From: Candidatus Ozemobacteraceae bacterium
GTDB lineage: Bacteria; Muiribacteriota; Ozemobacteria; Ozemobacterales; Ozemobacteraceae
DNA: 64,000 nt
Assembly: GCA_965140445.1 (NCBI GenBank)
Contig: OZ223236.1
Location: 1,664,001 to 1,728,000, forward strand
Reading direction: 5' to 3'
Shown here: piece by piece, positions 1 to 9,774 of the stretch
Position numbering within the stretch: position 1 is the stretch's first letter
Layout of the letters: each line of letters begins with the position of its first letter
Notes under the pieces: generated by a model
The model's input: the letters and a program-made list of their open reading frames with translations, nothing else
Databases searched by the model: none
Told to the model about the DNA's origin: nothing
Position numbers and translations under genes: made by a program

Positions 1-171
1 ATTACAATCAATGACTTCTTCACCATCATATACCTTGCAAATATCTTCTTCATGGCCAACAGCGACGATTGAATCGCCTAATACTGCTACTGCGCCAGGG
101 TAATACTGGTTAAATTGTTCATCCATCGTCAGGACAATGGCATTTTTAAAAAGTTTATCTACTTTATTCAT
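1..171 (-). CDS. Amidohydrolase family protein (MtaD/chlorohydrolase-like), N-terminal part; runs off the window edge
   Basis: Manual translation from ATG at 171: MNKVDKLFKNAIVLTMDEQFNQYYPGAVAVLGDSIVAVGHEEDICKVYDGEEVIDCN, a typical amidohydrolase N-terminal beta domain. Purine-rich RBS upstream. Confidence 0.75.
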   Translation of the reverse strand, partial: MNKVDKLFKNAIVLTMDEQFNQYYPGAVAVLGDSIVAVGHEEDICKVYDGEEVIDCN

Positions 172-318
172 CTGACTTTTCCCTTTCCCGCTATAGTATA
201 AATTTTATTACCCTCCAGCATATCAGCATACTTTTCTAAAATCCATGCTTTTCCAGAGAAAAAATAGAAAAAATGATAAACGCTAGTTTTCTTGAATCAG
301 AGTGACTTTTGATTTAAA

Positions 319-2700
319 ATGAGGTCAATATTGGCTGGGACTGTACATATAGAGATGGAAAAAAATTCAAGTATCATCCATAGCATTCTCACAAGACAGC
401 TTGACAGTGAGGATGTAAGAAAAATTGTCGACGTAATTAAAAGCCGTGAAGAGGAGAATTACTCCGAAGCACTGGGCAAAATTCTTGAAAACGTTGCCGA
501 TTTGCTCAATGTTTCCAGTCGTTTACTGGATAATTTATTGCTTCTTCTGGTTGAGATGACCTCTGAAATTGCTGGGGCTGAGCGTGGAACTCTTTTTTTA
601 TATGATCAGGAATCCAATGAACTTTTTTCCAGAGTAACCAAAGGAAGCGACTTGGTAGAAATCAGATTCCCATCCAGTAGTGGGATTGCCGGTAAAGCTT
701 TTGAGTCTGGGGAAATCATAATTGTTGAAGATGCATATGCAGATGAAAGATTTAACAGGCAGGTCGATTTAAATACCGGGTATAAAACGAAGAATCTTTT
801 TTGTCTTCCAATCAGACTCGGGAACTCCTCCGATGTTATTGGCGTTTTAGAATTAATCAATCTGAGGAAACTACCTCTTAAGCCACAGGACGTAAGTTTG
901 CTGGAGAGGGTTACTTCAAATTCTGCTCAGGTTTTAAAAAATGCGCAGCAGTTTGAGCAGGTTCAATTAGCTAGAGAAAATGAATCACATTTACTTGAAA
1001 TAGCTTCCGTTATCTCTTCTGAATTGCAGTTGAAGCCACTTTTGGAAAAAATAATGGAAGCTGTGACCATGATTCTTAACTGTGACCGGGCAACTATTTT
1101 CCTGCACGACGAGAAAACTAATGAGCTGTGGTCTAAAGTTGCGCTTGGTTTAAATAATCAGGAAATACGTTTCCCATGTGCTATGGGCATTGCAGGTGAA
1201 GTCTTTACAACAGGAAACACCGTAAATATTCCGGATGCATACGCAGATTCAAGATTTAATCAGGAAGTTGATGTTAGAACTGGCTACAGAACGCAAAATA
1301 TTTTGTGTATGCCATTAATCAATAAATATGGCAAAATCATTGGCGTTACTCAGGTTTTAAATAAGCGCGGAGGCTGTTTTAACCGCCAGGACGAAAAGAA
1401 ACTTAAAAGCTTTTCCTCACAATCATCAATAGCTATTGAAAATGCCAAATTGTTCGATGAAGTTTTGAACGTAAAAAATTACAGCGAGAGTATTTTAAGA
1501 AGCCTCAGCAACGGCGTTGTTAGCTTGAATCACATGAGAAGAATTGAGAAGTGCAACTCCATTGCGCTAAAAATTCTGGGGGTAACCGAAGAGCAAATTA
1601 TTGGCAGATACGCGGATATTACTTTTACTGGCGATAATCATTGGATTGTGGACAGTTTGCGAAGGGTAATTGCCACTAACGACTCAGATACTTTTATTGA
1701 TGCCGAAATAGTAAATCTTCATGGTGAGAAGGTTTCGATAAATATGGGAGTTGTTCCACTTCGTGATACAAGCGATCAGCCCATGGGAGCTTTACTTATC
1801 ATGGAAGATCTGTCCATTGAAAAGAGGTTAAAAGGGACCCTTGCTCGCTATATGACAAAAGAAGTTGCCGATCAGCTCATGGACTCAGATGCGGAGCTTG
1901 GCGGCCAGATAAAAGAGCTGACCATTTTATTTTCTGATATTCGGGATTTTACAACTATTTCTGAGAAACTTGGGCCACAAGAAACGGTTTCAATGCTTAA
2001 TGAGTATTTTACGACTATGGTTGATATTGTTTTTCATCATGGCGGAATCCTTGATAAATTTATTGGCGATGCAATGCTTGCTGTTTTTGGAGCTCCTTTT
2101 TCAACGGGCGAAGATGCAGATAAGGCTGTTTGTACTGCTATAGATATGATGAAATCATTGAAGCAGTTCAATGCTGCTAGAATGCTGCAAAATAAGGAAG
2201 CAATTGATATTGGAATTGGAATAAGCACTGATAACGTGCTGGTTGGAAATATTGGCTCCATGAAGAGAATGGATTATACTGTCATTGGAGATGGTGTTAA
2301 TCTGGCATCCAGACTAGAAGGAGCTACCAAGTTTTATCATGCAGATATTCTGATCAGCGAGAAAACTGCTGACATGCTTCAATACAGATATTTTCTTCGA
2401 GAGGTAGATTTGATACGGGTTAAGGGCAAGACACTTCCGGTAAAAGTATTTGAAGTGCTTGACCACCATGAGAAGCAGAGTTTTCCAAACATGGTTGAAG
2501 TGATAAATCTATGTCATCAAGGCATAGACTTATTTAGAGAACAGAAATGGGAAGAAGCCTGCGAAATTTTCGAAGCTTCTCTTAGGTTAAATCGTCGTGA
2601 TGAATTGGCTAAAATTTATGTTGGAAGATGTCATTACTTTATGAAACATCCACCAGGACCGAATTGGGATGGAGTCTGGACAATGACTTCAAAATCTTAA
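319..2700 (+). CDS. Class III adenylate cyclase, GAF-GAF-PAS-cyclase-TPR (CyaB1-like architecture)
   Basis: Two GAF repeats (ERGTLFLYD/DRATIFLHD; NKxxxxFxxxDE in GAF-B) and a PAS region. Complete catalytic set FSDIRDFT, DKFIGDA, DYTVIGDGVNLASRLE, VKGK. C-terminal TPR with WDGVW. Start may be ATG at 355. Confidence 0.9.
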   Translation: MRSILAGTVHIEMEKNSSIIHSILTRQLDSEDVRKIVDVIKSREEENYSEALGKILENVADLLNVSSRLLDNLLLLLVEMTSEIAGAERGTLFLYDQESNELFSRVTKGSDLVEIRFPSSSGIAGKAFESGEIIIVEDAYADERFNRQVDLNTGYKTKNLFCLPIRLGNSSDVIGVLELINLRKLPLKPQDVSLLERVTSNSAQVLKNAQQFEQVQLARENESHLLEIASVISSELQLKPLLEKIMEAVTMILNCDRATIFLHDEKTNELWSKVALGLNNQEIRFPCAMGIAGEVFTTGNTVNIPDAYADSRFNQEVDVRTGYRTQNILCMPLINKYGKIIGVTQVLNKRGGCFNRQDEKKLKSFSSQSSIAIENAKLFDEVLNVKNYSESILRSLSNGVVSLNHMRRIEKCNSIALKILGVTEEQIIGRYADITFTGDNHWIVDSLRRVIATNDSDTFIDAEIVNLHGEKVSINMGVVPLRDTSDQPMGALLIMEDLSIEKRLKGTLARYMTKEVADQLMDSDAELGGQIKELTILFSDIRDFTTISEKLGPQETVSMLNEYFTTMVDIVFHHGGILDKFIGDAMLAVFGAPFSTGEDADKAVCTAIDMMKSLKQFNAARMLQNKEAIDIGIGISTDNVLVGNIGSMKRMDYTVIGDGVNLASRLEGATKFYHADILISEKTADMLQYRYFLREVDLIRVKGKTLPVKVFEVLDHHEKQSFPNMVEVINLCHQGIDLFREQKWEEACEIFEASLRLNRRDELAKIYVGRCHYFMKHPPGPNWDGVWTMTSKS

Positions 2701-2719
2701 GAGAATCAAGAAGTTTTAA

Positions 2720-5257
2720 ATGGCTTTAAATAAAGAACAACAGAATCTGATAAATGACTTGAAGGCTCCAATTAAATCCTTCAGGATTTTTGCATTGGAA
2801 GAAACCATTAAGAGTGGTGCTTGTCAGGAAGTGTTACAGACGCTTGAAGAGCTGCGCCTTTCTGAAGAGGATGGCGAGTGTCAGATTTTAATTAATCACG
2901 CTATTTCATCCGTTCAACAGCGTTTATCAGGAACTGCCACAGAACCAAAAGCTCTTAAAGAACAGCAGGAATTTATGGAAGCCTGGGAGAAGGCTGATAT
3001 GAATGGCAAGTTGAGTATTCTAAATGCCATTCCAAATCGGCTTCCAAAAGGTTTGAGGGGCATGGGGCCTGAACTCCTGGAAAATCAAAATGCTTCCGTT
3101 GTTGCTTCAAAGGTAATTAGAGTTTTTTGCCGTTATTGGCCAGAAGATAGATTTGGCGATATTGTAAAATGTCTAAATTCCGACAGCCTATCTCTAAAGC
3201 TTGCTGCGCTGAAAACTTTAGTTCATATGCATCCAATGATGCTTATAAATGATCTTCCAGAACTTTTAAATTCGAAAGATGCACAGATTAAAGCTCTGGC
3301 CATCAGAGGATTGACCAAGATAGATACCGAGGAAGCGTTGAAGCATCTTCAGGCATTGTTATTGTCTCCCGACATTTCTGATCGACTGGCTGGAATACAG
3401 AATTGTCCATTTTTGCCTTTTGAGATGGTTAAACCTGTTCTATTGAAATATTTTTCTGCAGAAAATCATCCGGAGCTTTTAATCAGGGCAGGGTGGATTC
3501 TTGAAATGAACCCTGATGTGCAGGTTCCGTTTAAACTTTATGAAATTTCGGAGAGGGTTCCTGCCAAAAAGGCTCAGTTAGTAAAACAGATTGTATCAGA
3601 AGCCGTTAAGCTTCTGGAAAAATCCGGAATCCTTGGCGACAAATTTCAGGCTTATACGCAAAAATTACAGAGCTGGGTATATAAACGCAATGCTATTAGA
3701 TTCGTGAAGCAGGTAGTAGCAAAACTAAACTCAGAGCATGTAGATTCGGATCTTGAGCAGGTTATTTTGAACAATCTCAAACAGGCTTTGATTAGAGAGG
3801 CCTTTACTGAAGCCCTTGAATGGCCAATCCCTGCTAAAATAAAAGAAAAGATTAACTCCTATTTAAAGCAATCCTCTGCTACAAAACCTATTGCATCGCC
3901 AGAGCAGGCAACACCAGAAGAAGTGGACAAAGCTGCTGAGGTTCCAGAAGTTAAAGCTGCTCCAAAAACTGAGGATAGTTCTTTTCCAACACAGGAAAAG
4001 ATTGCAAAGGATCTTAAAGCTGATCTTAAAGAAGTTGTTTCACCAGAACAAGCGAGAGCTGAGACGTTAGAGGAGAAGGTTCATCGATTTGCTTCTTTGT
4101 CTCTGGACGAATTAGCTCTTGTTGTAAACGAGATTAAAGGAATAATTGAGGGAAAAGATGCCCCGGTGGATTTAAGAATTACGGCTTTGCACACATTAAC
4201 CAGACACTACCATAAAGGTTTTGAAAAGTTAGCCGTCAGTTTATTGTCACACCCTAATGTTGCCCTTGCTACCGCGGCTCTGGAATATCTTGGAGCAGTA
4301 GATCCCGAAGTAACCTTCCCATATCTGGGGCAATGTTTAAAGGTTATGGATGTAAGGATGAAGTCAGCTGCTCTCGGTATTTTGATTCACTTTGACTTTA
4401 ATCAGGCGGCGTCTTCATTAAATGCCATGTTAAAATCCCGAGAACCAGAGCAGCAGAAAATGGCTTTGGAATGTATGGATCAGTTTGATTTTTCATTGAT
4501 CAGGGATCAGCTAACAGACTTTTTGTGCCGTTGCAAGGATAGCCGTTTGGTAGAAATGGGATTGCTTCACTTTGCTGCGAACCCATCGCCTGATAACATT
4601 TACTGTTTGTTTAAGGTTGAGAAATCGCATCATGGAGATGTTGTTCAGCAAGTTAAGAGCGTAAGAAGCCAATGTCAGGTTCAGGTGCGATCCTCTGAGA
4701 TGGTTCATGGGCAAAGTAGTGGTAAATCTACTGTTGACAGCGATGCAGAGCTTGAGAAGCGCTATCAGGAAGAGCAGGAGAAAAAGAGAACTCAACGTCC
4801 TGCATATGCGTTTAAGCAAAAGGAAGCAGAGGCAGAAAAGCTTAACGTCAAAGAGGCAACAAAAGAAGTTGTAACCTTGGTGCGAGAAGTTATTCAGTCA
4901 CGAGGAGCTTACATTTTAGGTGTTATTGCTTTGGTGTTGGGTGTGATGTTTTATCTTTTCTTTATGCCGGGTGAGGCTACTGATGTTGCCGGAAAAATTG
5001 GGGGAGCAATTGTTTCTGGACCAATGACCGTCGAAGGTACAGTTGAAAAGGTTAATGGGGACGTGGTTTTCTTTAGAACCCTGAAAAACAATCTTTTCGT
5101 GATTACGCCTCAACGAGAAGGTTTTAGAACTCCAAAAGTTCGTTCTAAATTGAGAGTTTCAATGGTTCCATATAGACAAACTCCCGATGGAAGCTATTTG
5201 GCAAGAATTCGAATGATCCGAGAAGTAGAGGCTTTTACTGAGGATGGAGAGAAGTAG
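2720..5257 (+). CDS. HEAT/ARM-repeat protein with C-terminal TM helix and small beta domain
   Basis: Repeated LxxxDxxV/IRxxA-type helical repeats, a Pro/Glu/Ala linker, and TM segment AYILGVIALVLGVMFYLFF. Confidence 0.7.
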   Translation: MALNKEQQNLINDLKAPIKSFRIFALEETIKSGACQEVLQTLEELRLSEEDGECQILINHAISSVQQRLSGTATEPKALKEQQEFMEAWEKADMNGKLSILNAIPNRLPKGLRGMGPELLENQNASVVASKVIRVFCRYWPEDRFGDIVKCLNSDSLSLKLAALKTLVHMHPMMLINDLPELLNSKDAQIKALAIRGLTKIDTEEALKHLQALLLSPDISDRLAGIQNCPFLPFEMVKPVLLKYFSAENHPELLIRAGWILEMNPDVQVPFKLYEISERVPAKKAQLVKQIVSEAVKLLEKSGILGDKFQAYTQKLQSWVYKRNAIRFVKQVVAKLNSEHVDSDLEQVILNNLKQALIREAFTEALEWPIPAKIKEKINSYLKQSSATKPIASPEQATPEEVDKAAEVPEVKAAPKTEDSSFPTQEKIAKDLKADLKEVVSPEQARAETLEEKVHRFASLSLDELALVVNEIKGIIEGKDAPVDLRITALHTLTRHYHKGFEKLAVSLLSHPNVALATAALEYLGAVDPEVTFPYLGQCLKVMDVRMKSAALGILIHFDFNQAASSLNAMLKSREPEQQKMALECMDQFDFSLIRDQLTDFLCRCKDSRLVEMGLLHFAANPSPDNIYCLFKVEKSHHGDVVQQVKSVRSQCQVQVRSSEMVHGQSSGKSTVDSDAELEKRYQEEQEKKRTQRPAYAFKQKEAEAEKLNVKEATKEVVTLVREVIQSRGAYILGVIALVLGVMFYLFFMPGEATDVAGKIGGAIVSGPMTVEGTVEKVNGDVVFFRTLKNNLFVITPQREGFRTPKVRSKLRVSMVPYRQTPDGSYLARIRMIREVEAFTEDGEK

Positions 5258-5801
5258 TAATAAACAGAAGCAGCTTGAAGACCTTAAGCTGATTGAAAAA
5301 ATCAGGGCTGGCGATAGTGCTAGTCTTGAAAAGCTTCTTGACCGCTATATACCTCAGCTGATGGGCTTTTTCCGATATTTGCGTGTTTCTGATTCAATTA
5401 TTGAAGATATGATTCAGGAAACTTTTGAGAAGGTGATCAGAAAAATTGATACCTTTGATTCATCAAAATCATTTTCTTCATGGATCATGACAATAGGGCG
5501 AAACCATTATTTTGATGAATGCAGGCGTGAAAATAGAAAACGAGAAAAACAGGTAGAAATGCAACTTCCGTCTCAACAAACTCCAGAGGAAGAAATTATT
5601 GTTCGCGAAACTGCTACTGAGCTTTTAAAGCTATTGTCAGACCAGGAAAAATTCCTTGTCGAAATGAGAGTTTTTCAAGGTGCTCCATTTTCAGAAATAG
5701 CAGAAATAACCGGTGAAGCGGAAGGTACTCTTCGCTCCAGGTTTTTTAGAACAATGGGGAGATTAAAAATTTCAGGAGAGAGAGCCAAAGCAGCTGAATA
5801 A
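5244..5801 (+). CDS. ECF RNA polymerase sigma factor
   Basis: Region 2 EDMIQETF...FSSWIMTIGRN and region 4 FSEIAEITGEAEGTLRSRFFR. Overlaps the upstream gene by 14 nt. Confidence 0.9.
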   Translation: MERSSNKQKQLEDLKLIEKIRAGDSASLEKLLDRYIPQLMGFFRYLRVSDSIIEDMIQETFEKVIRKIDTFDSSKSFSSWIMTIGRNHYFDECRRENRKREKQVEMQLPSQQTPEEEIIVRETATELLKLLSDQEKFLVEMRVFQGAPFSEIAEITGEAEGTLRSRFFRTMGRLKISGERAKAAE

Positions 5802-5803
5802 TT

Positions 5804-6643
5804 TTATTCAGTGGCTATAGGAGGAACTCTTTCTTTTAAGTTGATTATTGCTGTTGGGTTGCCACTAATCGTAGTTTTTTGTCCAGCTGTCAGAATTTGT
5901 GTTTTACCACAGTCTGGTTGAACCTGAACTTTTCCTCGGGAAACAGATATTTCTGACTTTTCAGAGGTTACGTTGCAATTAAAAACAGTGCCTAGAACAG
6001 TAATCTGGCCATGAGGAGTGGTGCCAATGAATTTTTTGGGGCCAGGAACTACAGAAACTTCTATTTTTCCGTTGAGTATATGAAAACCTCTCTCCGAAAT
6101 GCTTAGACGAGCCGGTCCAACTGCTTTGATTTTTGATCCATCTGGGATGGTTATCAACGCTGTATCATTTTTAAATAATGAAACTGGGTTGTCTAAAGAA
6201 ATTGTTTTCTCTTTTTCTTCATTTACGGTAATAAGAAAGCTTTTATTTGATAAGCTTGCAAAACGATTCGATGGATTTACCACCAAATCTCTTTTCTTTG
6301 GAATATCAGGGCTGTTAGAAAGCATTAAAATAAGGAATGCTCCTGTTAGAGCTGCTCCAAAAAACCATGAAAGCCAACTGGTGGAAAGTGATCTGGGATT
6401 GGCTTTTGCTGCCTCCCTTTTTGCTTCCATTATTGGTGAAAGCTTGTTTAAGATTCTGCCTTTTAGAGCACTGTAATCTTGTGAAGGAATGGCTCCAACT
6501 GCTCTAATTTCAGAAATAACTCCAATCTGTGACTTACAAAAGTCACAGGAACAGACATGCTGTTTTTGCTCTGGAGTTGCGCTCTCGCTTAAAAGAGAGT
6601 CCAGTGCTTCAATGCATATTCTGTTATGTTTTGTTGAAGTCAT
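5804..6643 (-). CDS. Zinc-binding anti-sigma factor with TM helix and FecR-like domain
   Basis: HxxxCxxC (HVCSCDFC) ZAS motif, TM WFFGAALTGAFLILML, and FecR motifs TPHGQITVLGTVF and VSRGKVQV. Start moved to ATG 6643 (AGGA RBS) because the track start at 6700 lies inside a hairpin. Confidence 0.8.
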   Translation of the reverse strand: MTSTKHNRICIEALDSLLSESATPEQKQHVCSCDFCKSQIGVISEIRAVGAIPSQDYSALKGRILNKLSPIMEAKREAAKANPRSLSTSWLSWFFGAALTGAFLILMLSNSPDIPKKRDLVVNPSNRFASLSNKSFLITVNEEKEKTISLDNPVSLFKNDTALITIPDGSKIKAVGPARLSISERGFHILNGKIEVSVVPGPKKFIGTTPHGQITVLGTVFNCNVTSEKSEISVSRGKVQVQPDCGKTQILTAGQKTTISGNPTAIINLKERVPPIATE

Positions 6644-6672
6644 TTGTTTTTTCCTGGTTGAGGTTGGGTAGG

Positions 6673-6702
6673 GCATGCTGGTAGATTTTTCTACCAGCAT
6701 GC
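6673..6702. terminator. Perfect 13-bp hairpin between the lipoprotein and anti-sigma genes
   Basis: GCATGCTGGTAGA-TTTT-TCTACCAGCATGC. A T-rich tail follows only on the + strand, so on the - strand it may be an mRNA-stabilising or attenuating stem. Confidence 0.5.
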
Positions 6703-6710
6703 GCTTTTAT

Positions 6711-8405
6711 TTATCTAAGGTTCAGAGCGTCCTGAATTTGCTTCGCTTCAGCAAGTGCTTTTTCTCTTGCTGCTTCAAGTTTTTCTTTGATCGCTTTTGC
6801 CTGTTCAGCTTTTTCTTTAATCATTTTGTCGTATTTTTCTTTAATTGCTTTGTATTTTTCAGTGGCTTCAGTTTTAGCCGCTTTGTATTTATCTACAGCA
6901 CCTTTTAGTGCTTCAGTTTTTTCAGCAATTTTCTTTTCCCATTTTTCAGCCTGAGCTTTGTAATTTTTATCGATTGCTGCTTTCAGTTTTTCAAGTTTTG
7001 ATTTCTGAGCTTCAAGAGAAACCTTTGAATAATCAACCTTTGCTGCAGAATAAGCATCTTCTAGTTTTGAAACTGCTTGTTCGGATCTGAGTTCCTCTTC
7101 GGCTATGCTTACAAGGATTTCTTTTTTGCGGTCAGCTGAGATAAACTTAGAGAGGAGCTTGTTGTCGAGTATCTTTTTGAGTTTGCTGATTTTAGCGCTT
7201 GAGCTATCTTTTTCTTTTTGGATAGCGGTTCTAATATCATTAAGTTTAGCTGCTACATCCTGAGTTTGATTTGAGAAAGCCTTTTCAACAACTTTAAGGT
7301 GGTTAGCCCAGGCTTCTTTGATTTTAGCAAGCTGTTCTTTTGATTCAACCAAAGCTTCCTGTCTTTCTTTAAACTTGTTATTAAAGTCAGCGAGATATTC
7401 TTTGAGAGCTTCTTTTTCTTTTTCTTTGGCTGCGGTAAGTTCTTTAACCATGTCATTGTAATATTCTTCGCGCTCAGCCATGGCCTGTTTGTAATTATCT
7501 CCGATTTCAGCAACTCTATCCTGAACTTTATCGGCTGCACTTGTAACGCCATCTTGAACACTGCTAACTGCAGCTTTTACGCCATCTACTGTTGCTGCTG
7601 CTTTGTCTCTATAATCTTTAAGACCGTCAAGAATTGAACCGTATTGTTCCTTGGCTTTTTCAAAGGCTGCTTTTGCACCATCTACTGCAGGATCTTTTAC
7701 AACTTTATCAAGCTGATCCTTAACGCTTTTGATTTTATCAAGAAAGCCAGCTTTCTGATCTGCAGGCATCTGGATGTCAGCAATTTTTTTGGCAACTTCA
7801 GAGGCGTTGTCAGAAAGATCTTTTACTGTGTCAGTAACTTTTTTGGCGTTATCTGCAAAATTGTCTTTTACGTCATCAAGAAGTCCTGTTACTTTATCTG
7901 CACCTTTTTCAAATGCTTCACGGCCCTTGTCAACGATTTCGCCGAATTCACTTGCTGGATCAGAAATTCTTTCTACTACTTTCTGCCCTTTATCGATTAC
8001 ATTGCCCATTGCGTCAGTGGTTCTGTTGGCAAAACTGGAAATTTTATCTCCAACTTTTCCGCCCACTTTATCACCGAATTCTTTAACTTTATCAAGGCCA
8101 TCAGTGACTTTGTCTTTGATTTCCTTAACTTTTTCTATGCCGTCTTTAACTTTTCCGACAATTTCTTTTCCCTTTTCAAGAACTGGTCCAAGAAAATCTT
8201 TTGCTTTATCTATGCCAGTTTTTACAAGATCAGCACCTTTACCGATCCACTCACCAATTTTGGGTCCAAGTTTTCCAGCAACGCTGGAAATGCTTTCAAA
8301 TATTCCACCAAGATCAAAACTACCTGCGCTACATCCTGTAAAGGAAACTGATACGATTAACATTAGAGCCAGAAAAAACGAACCTCTAGTCAAAGCTGAT
8401 AACAT
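6711..8405 (-). CDS. Lipoprotein with amphipathic (apolipoprotein/LEA-like) repeats and C-terminal coiled coil
   Basis: Signal peptide with lipobox FTG-C. K/D/G/V-rich repeats with ~11-residue periodicity. GGAGG RBS. Confidence 0.7.
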   Translation of the reverse strand: MLSALTRGSFFLALMLIVSVSFTGCSAGSFDLGGIFESISSVAGKLGPKIGEWIGKGADLVKTGIDKAKDFLGPVLEKGKEIVGKVKDGIEKVKEIKDKVTDGLDKVKEFGDKVGGKVGDKISSFANRTTDAMGNVIDKGQKVVERISDPASEFGEIVDKGREAFEKGADKVTGLLDDVKDNFADNAKKVTDTVKDLSDNASEVAKKIADIQMPADQKAGFLDKIKSVKDQLDKVVKDPAVDGAKAAFEKAKEQYGSILDGLKDYRDKAAATVDGVKAAVSSVQDGVTSAADKVQDRVAEIGDNYKQAMAEREEYYNDMVKELTAAKEKEKEALKEYLADFNNKFKERQEALVESKEQLAKIKEAWANHLKVVEKAFSNQTQDVAAKLNDIRTAIQKEKDSSSAKISKLKKILDNKLLSKFISADRKKEILVSIAEEELRSEQAVSKLEDAYSAAKVDYSKVSLEAQKSKLEKLKAAIDKNYKAQAEKWEKKIAEKTEALKGAVDKYKAAKTEATEKYKAIKEKYDKMIKEKAEQAKAIKEKLEAAREKALAEAKQIQDALNLR

Positions 8406-8497
8406 AGTGCCCTCCGTAAATAAATTTTACTTTCAGAAAACTTACGAAAAATGTTTTGGTTTCGTTGCAAAGTTTTTTATTTTTTTATTATTTATTT

Positions 8498-9289
8498 TTA
8501 ATCTGGGAGGTTTACAGGAAATGTATGCCAGCTGGGATTCGTCTGCGGGAAGTTCCAGAGGGCATGAAAATACTCTGGATAAACAATGTCAAAGAAATCG
8601 GCCAGGACTATATGACTTTGCTGACTGGCTTTCTTTTTTCCAATATCCGCTTCGGCAATTTTTTTAAAGTTTCTGCTATCTAGGGAGTCGATTAATTGCA
8701 AGGTAATAAAGAAGTAATCCTGATTTTTTGCGTGACCAGGGGTGATAGGTACCCTTCTTATTCTGAAAAAATTAACTCTATCGCTTAAAACCTTTTCTCG
8801 TACATTTGAATTAAATTCCTCAACCCTGATTAACTTTAGAAATGGTTTATCGGGATTGGTACTATCTTCAAGCTTATAAGTAATTTTTGAAATATTTCTT
8901 GGACTATAACCCTTTGTAGAGTTCCGGTTGTGAATTATATCGTCTCCCCCCCCGTCATATAAGGGGTGATGCATTGGGTAGGAATAAAAAACATACTTAG
9001 TATTTGGAGGAGTTCCTTCTTCTTTTAGTATGTCAGAAAAACTTGGAAAAATTGTTACCCCAGGTTTCCAGTGGTGCGAAAGTGGTATTATTGCCAGCTT
9101 TAAGTCACTTCTAACCTGTTTGATTATTCTACGTGCTTCAAGGGTGGTATCTATTTTCATCATCCCAACCAAAGATGTTTTGGTTCCGGATCGAAGAATA
9201 AAGAAAATTGGTGTTAACAGAAGGGCAAGACATCCAGCCACCACCATAACTTCGACTAGAGTGAAGCCTTTATTAAATCTCTTTTTCAT
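8498..9289 (-). CDS. Prepilin-type N-terminal cleavage/methylation protein (minor pilin/pseudopilin)
   Basis: KG-FTLVEVMVV class III signal. 4-nt overlap with the upstream gene. Confidence 0.85.
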   Translation of the reverse strand: MKKRFNKGFTLVEVMVVAGCLALLLTPIFFILRSGTKTSLVGMMKIDTTLEARRIIKQVRSDLKLAIIPLSHHWKPGVTIFPSFSDILKEEGTPPNTKYVFYSYPMHHPLYDGGGDDIIHNRNSTKGYSPRNISKITYKLEDSTNPDKPFLKLIRVEEFNSNVREKVLSDRVNFFRIRRVPITPGHAKNQDYFFITLQLIDSLDSRNFKKIAEADIGKKKASQQSHIVLADFFDIVYPEYFHALWNFPQTNPSWHTFPVNLPD

Positions 9290-9774
9290 TTTGGTGGCTC
9301 CACGACAATGGATTCAAGTGAAATCTCCTGCTTGGACAGCCAGGCTTGAGCTTTACTTTTTCCGCCAAGATTTGCTGTAGAGACGGTAACTTTTATCTTT
9401 ATTGCGTTTATTGGCTTAGATCCAGAATCGATTGTTAAAGGCTCAAGTGATATTTCTCGATCGAAAAAAGCCGCCTCTGCAGGATATTCTATATCCAGGC
9501 CCGGCAGGCCGATAAAGTCTTTTAAAGAGACCTTATCAATTGGATAAAACTTCAGACCAGAATGGCCTTCCTGGAGGTAGCGCAGGTAGTCAAAACCAAA
9601 ATTTCTGTATACTTCAATTGGCTCTCGGGCAAGTGAAAAAGCCAGGAACTCATAATATGCGTCCATTGAACCACGGTTTGAGGCTTGGTTCATCCAAAAC
9701 ATGGAAAGAATTGCAAATGACAAAAAAGCCATTGCAACAATGATTTCCAGCATAGAAAAACCTTTTTTTCTCAT
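9286..9774 (-). CDS. Prepilin-type N-terminal cleavage/methylation protein (PilV/GspI-like)
   Basis: KG-FSMLEIIVA class III signal. 4-nt overlaps on both sides. Confidence 0.85.
   Translation of the reverse strand: MRKKGFSMLEIIVAMAFLSFAILSMFWMNQASNRGSMDAYYEFLAFSLAREPIEVYRNFGFDYLRYLQEGHSGLKFYPIDKVSLKDFIGLPGLDIEYPAEAAFFDREISLEPLTIDSGSKPINAIKIKVTVSTANLGGKSKAQAWLSKQEISLESIVVEPPK

Noticed and set aside
7644..8667. Long + strand ORFs (235 and 297 aa) and other short ORFs opposite real genes throughout the window
   Set aside because: Antisense shadows of biased or repetitive coding sequence (Phe/Ser/Leu-rich), with no RBS or recognisable motifs.
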